Shown here: piece by piece, positions 63,878 to 64,000 of the stretch | Layout: every line of letters starts with the position of its first letter | How positions within the stretch are numbered: position 1 is the stretch's first letter | From: Antedon mediterranea | Lineage: Eukaryota; Animalia; Echinodermata | Length of the DNA stretch: 64,000 nt | Direction of reading: 5' to 3' | NCBI RefSeq assembly: GCF_964355755.1 | Contig: NC_092671.1 | Coordinates: 8,866,001-8,930,000 of the forward strand | Made by a program: the position numbers and the translations under genes | Notes under the pieces: model-generated | Told to the model about the DNA's origin: nothing | Database searches by the model: none | Seen by the model: only the letters and a program-made list of their open reading frames with translations

Positions 63878-64000
63878 CTATTGAATTTTCTCTGTTACAG
63901 GTTTTGCATTTGTTCTGCAACATCTACAAAACACTTCATTAAAACCTTGTCTAAATCTCCTATTTAATGCATTATATATCAACGGATTTAAAGAGGAGTT
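63878..64000 (-). CDS. GPCR copy 6, 3' end (runs off window)
   Basis: NSSLNPLIYNALNRRFRQGFNEVFCRCCRTNAKPVTEKIQ* read from 64000 to TAG at 63878-63880. Confidence 0.85.
   Translation of the reverse strand, partial: NSSLNPLIYNALNRRFRQGFNEVFCRCCRTNAKPVTEKIQ

Overview
AT-rich eukaryotic (metazoan, probably invertebrate deuterostome such as an echinoderm; taxon is inference only) genomic DNA with three host loci and many transposons. (1) About 1.7-32.7 kb, + strand: the central and 3' part of a multiplexin collagen (collagen XV/XVIII family). I traced 38 in-frame GT-AG exons from 8202 to the stop at 32659 (Ser-Gly GAG-attachment exons, interrupted Gly-X-Y, trimerization domain, endostatin), plus a likely upstream exon at 1680-1784. 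One intron holds a 5'-truncated Penelope-like element with an inverted terminal copy and a target-site duplication (TSD). (2) 34.4-36.9 kb, - strand, convergent with the collagen: a four-coding-exon tandem-DED caspase (caspase-8/10/FLIP type). It keeps the His/Cys dyad but has a remodelled S1 pocket (ETCRG instead of QACxG, SKL instead of SWR). A truncated L1/Tx1 LINE with TSD sits just upstream. (3) 40.8-64 kb, - strand: a tandem array of at least six intronless rhodopsin-class GPCR copies (intact, chimeric, frameshifted, deleted). The array is invaded by a young Gmr1-type Gypsy element (PR-IN-RT-RH order, apparently identical LTRs), an L2 LINE nested in a Helentron-like element, and a 2.4-kb long-TIR element with IS3EU-like termini. 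No rRNA, intact tRNA or CRISPR array was found. All alignments were made by eye.
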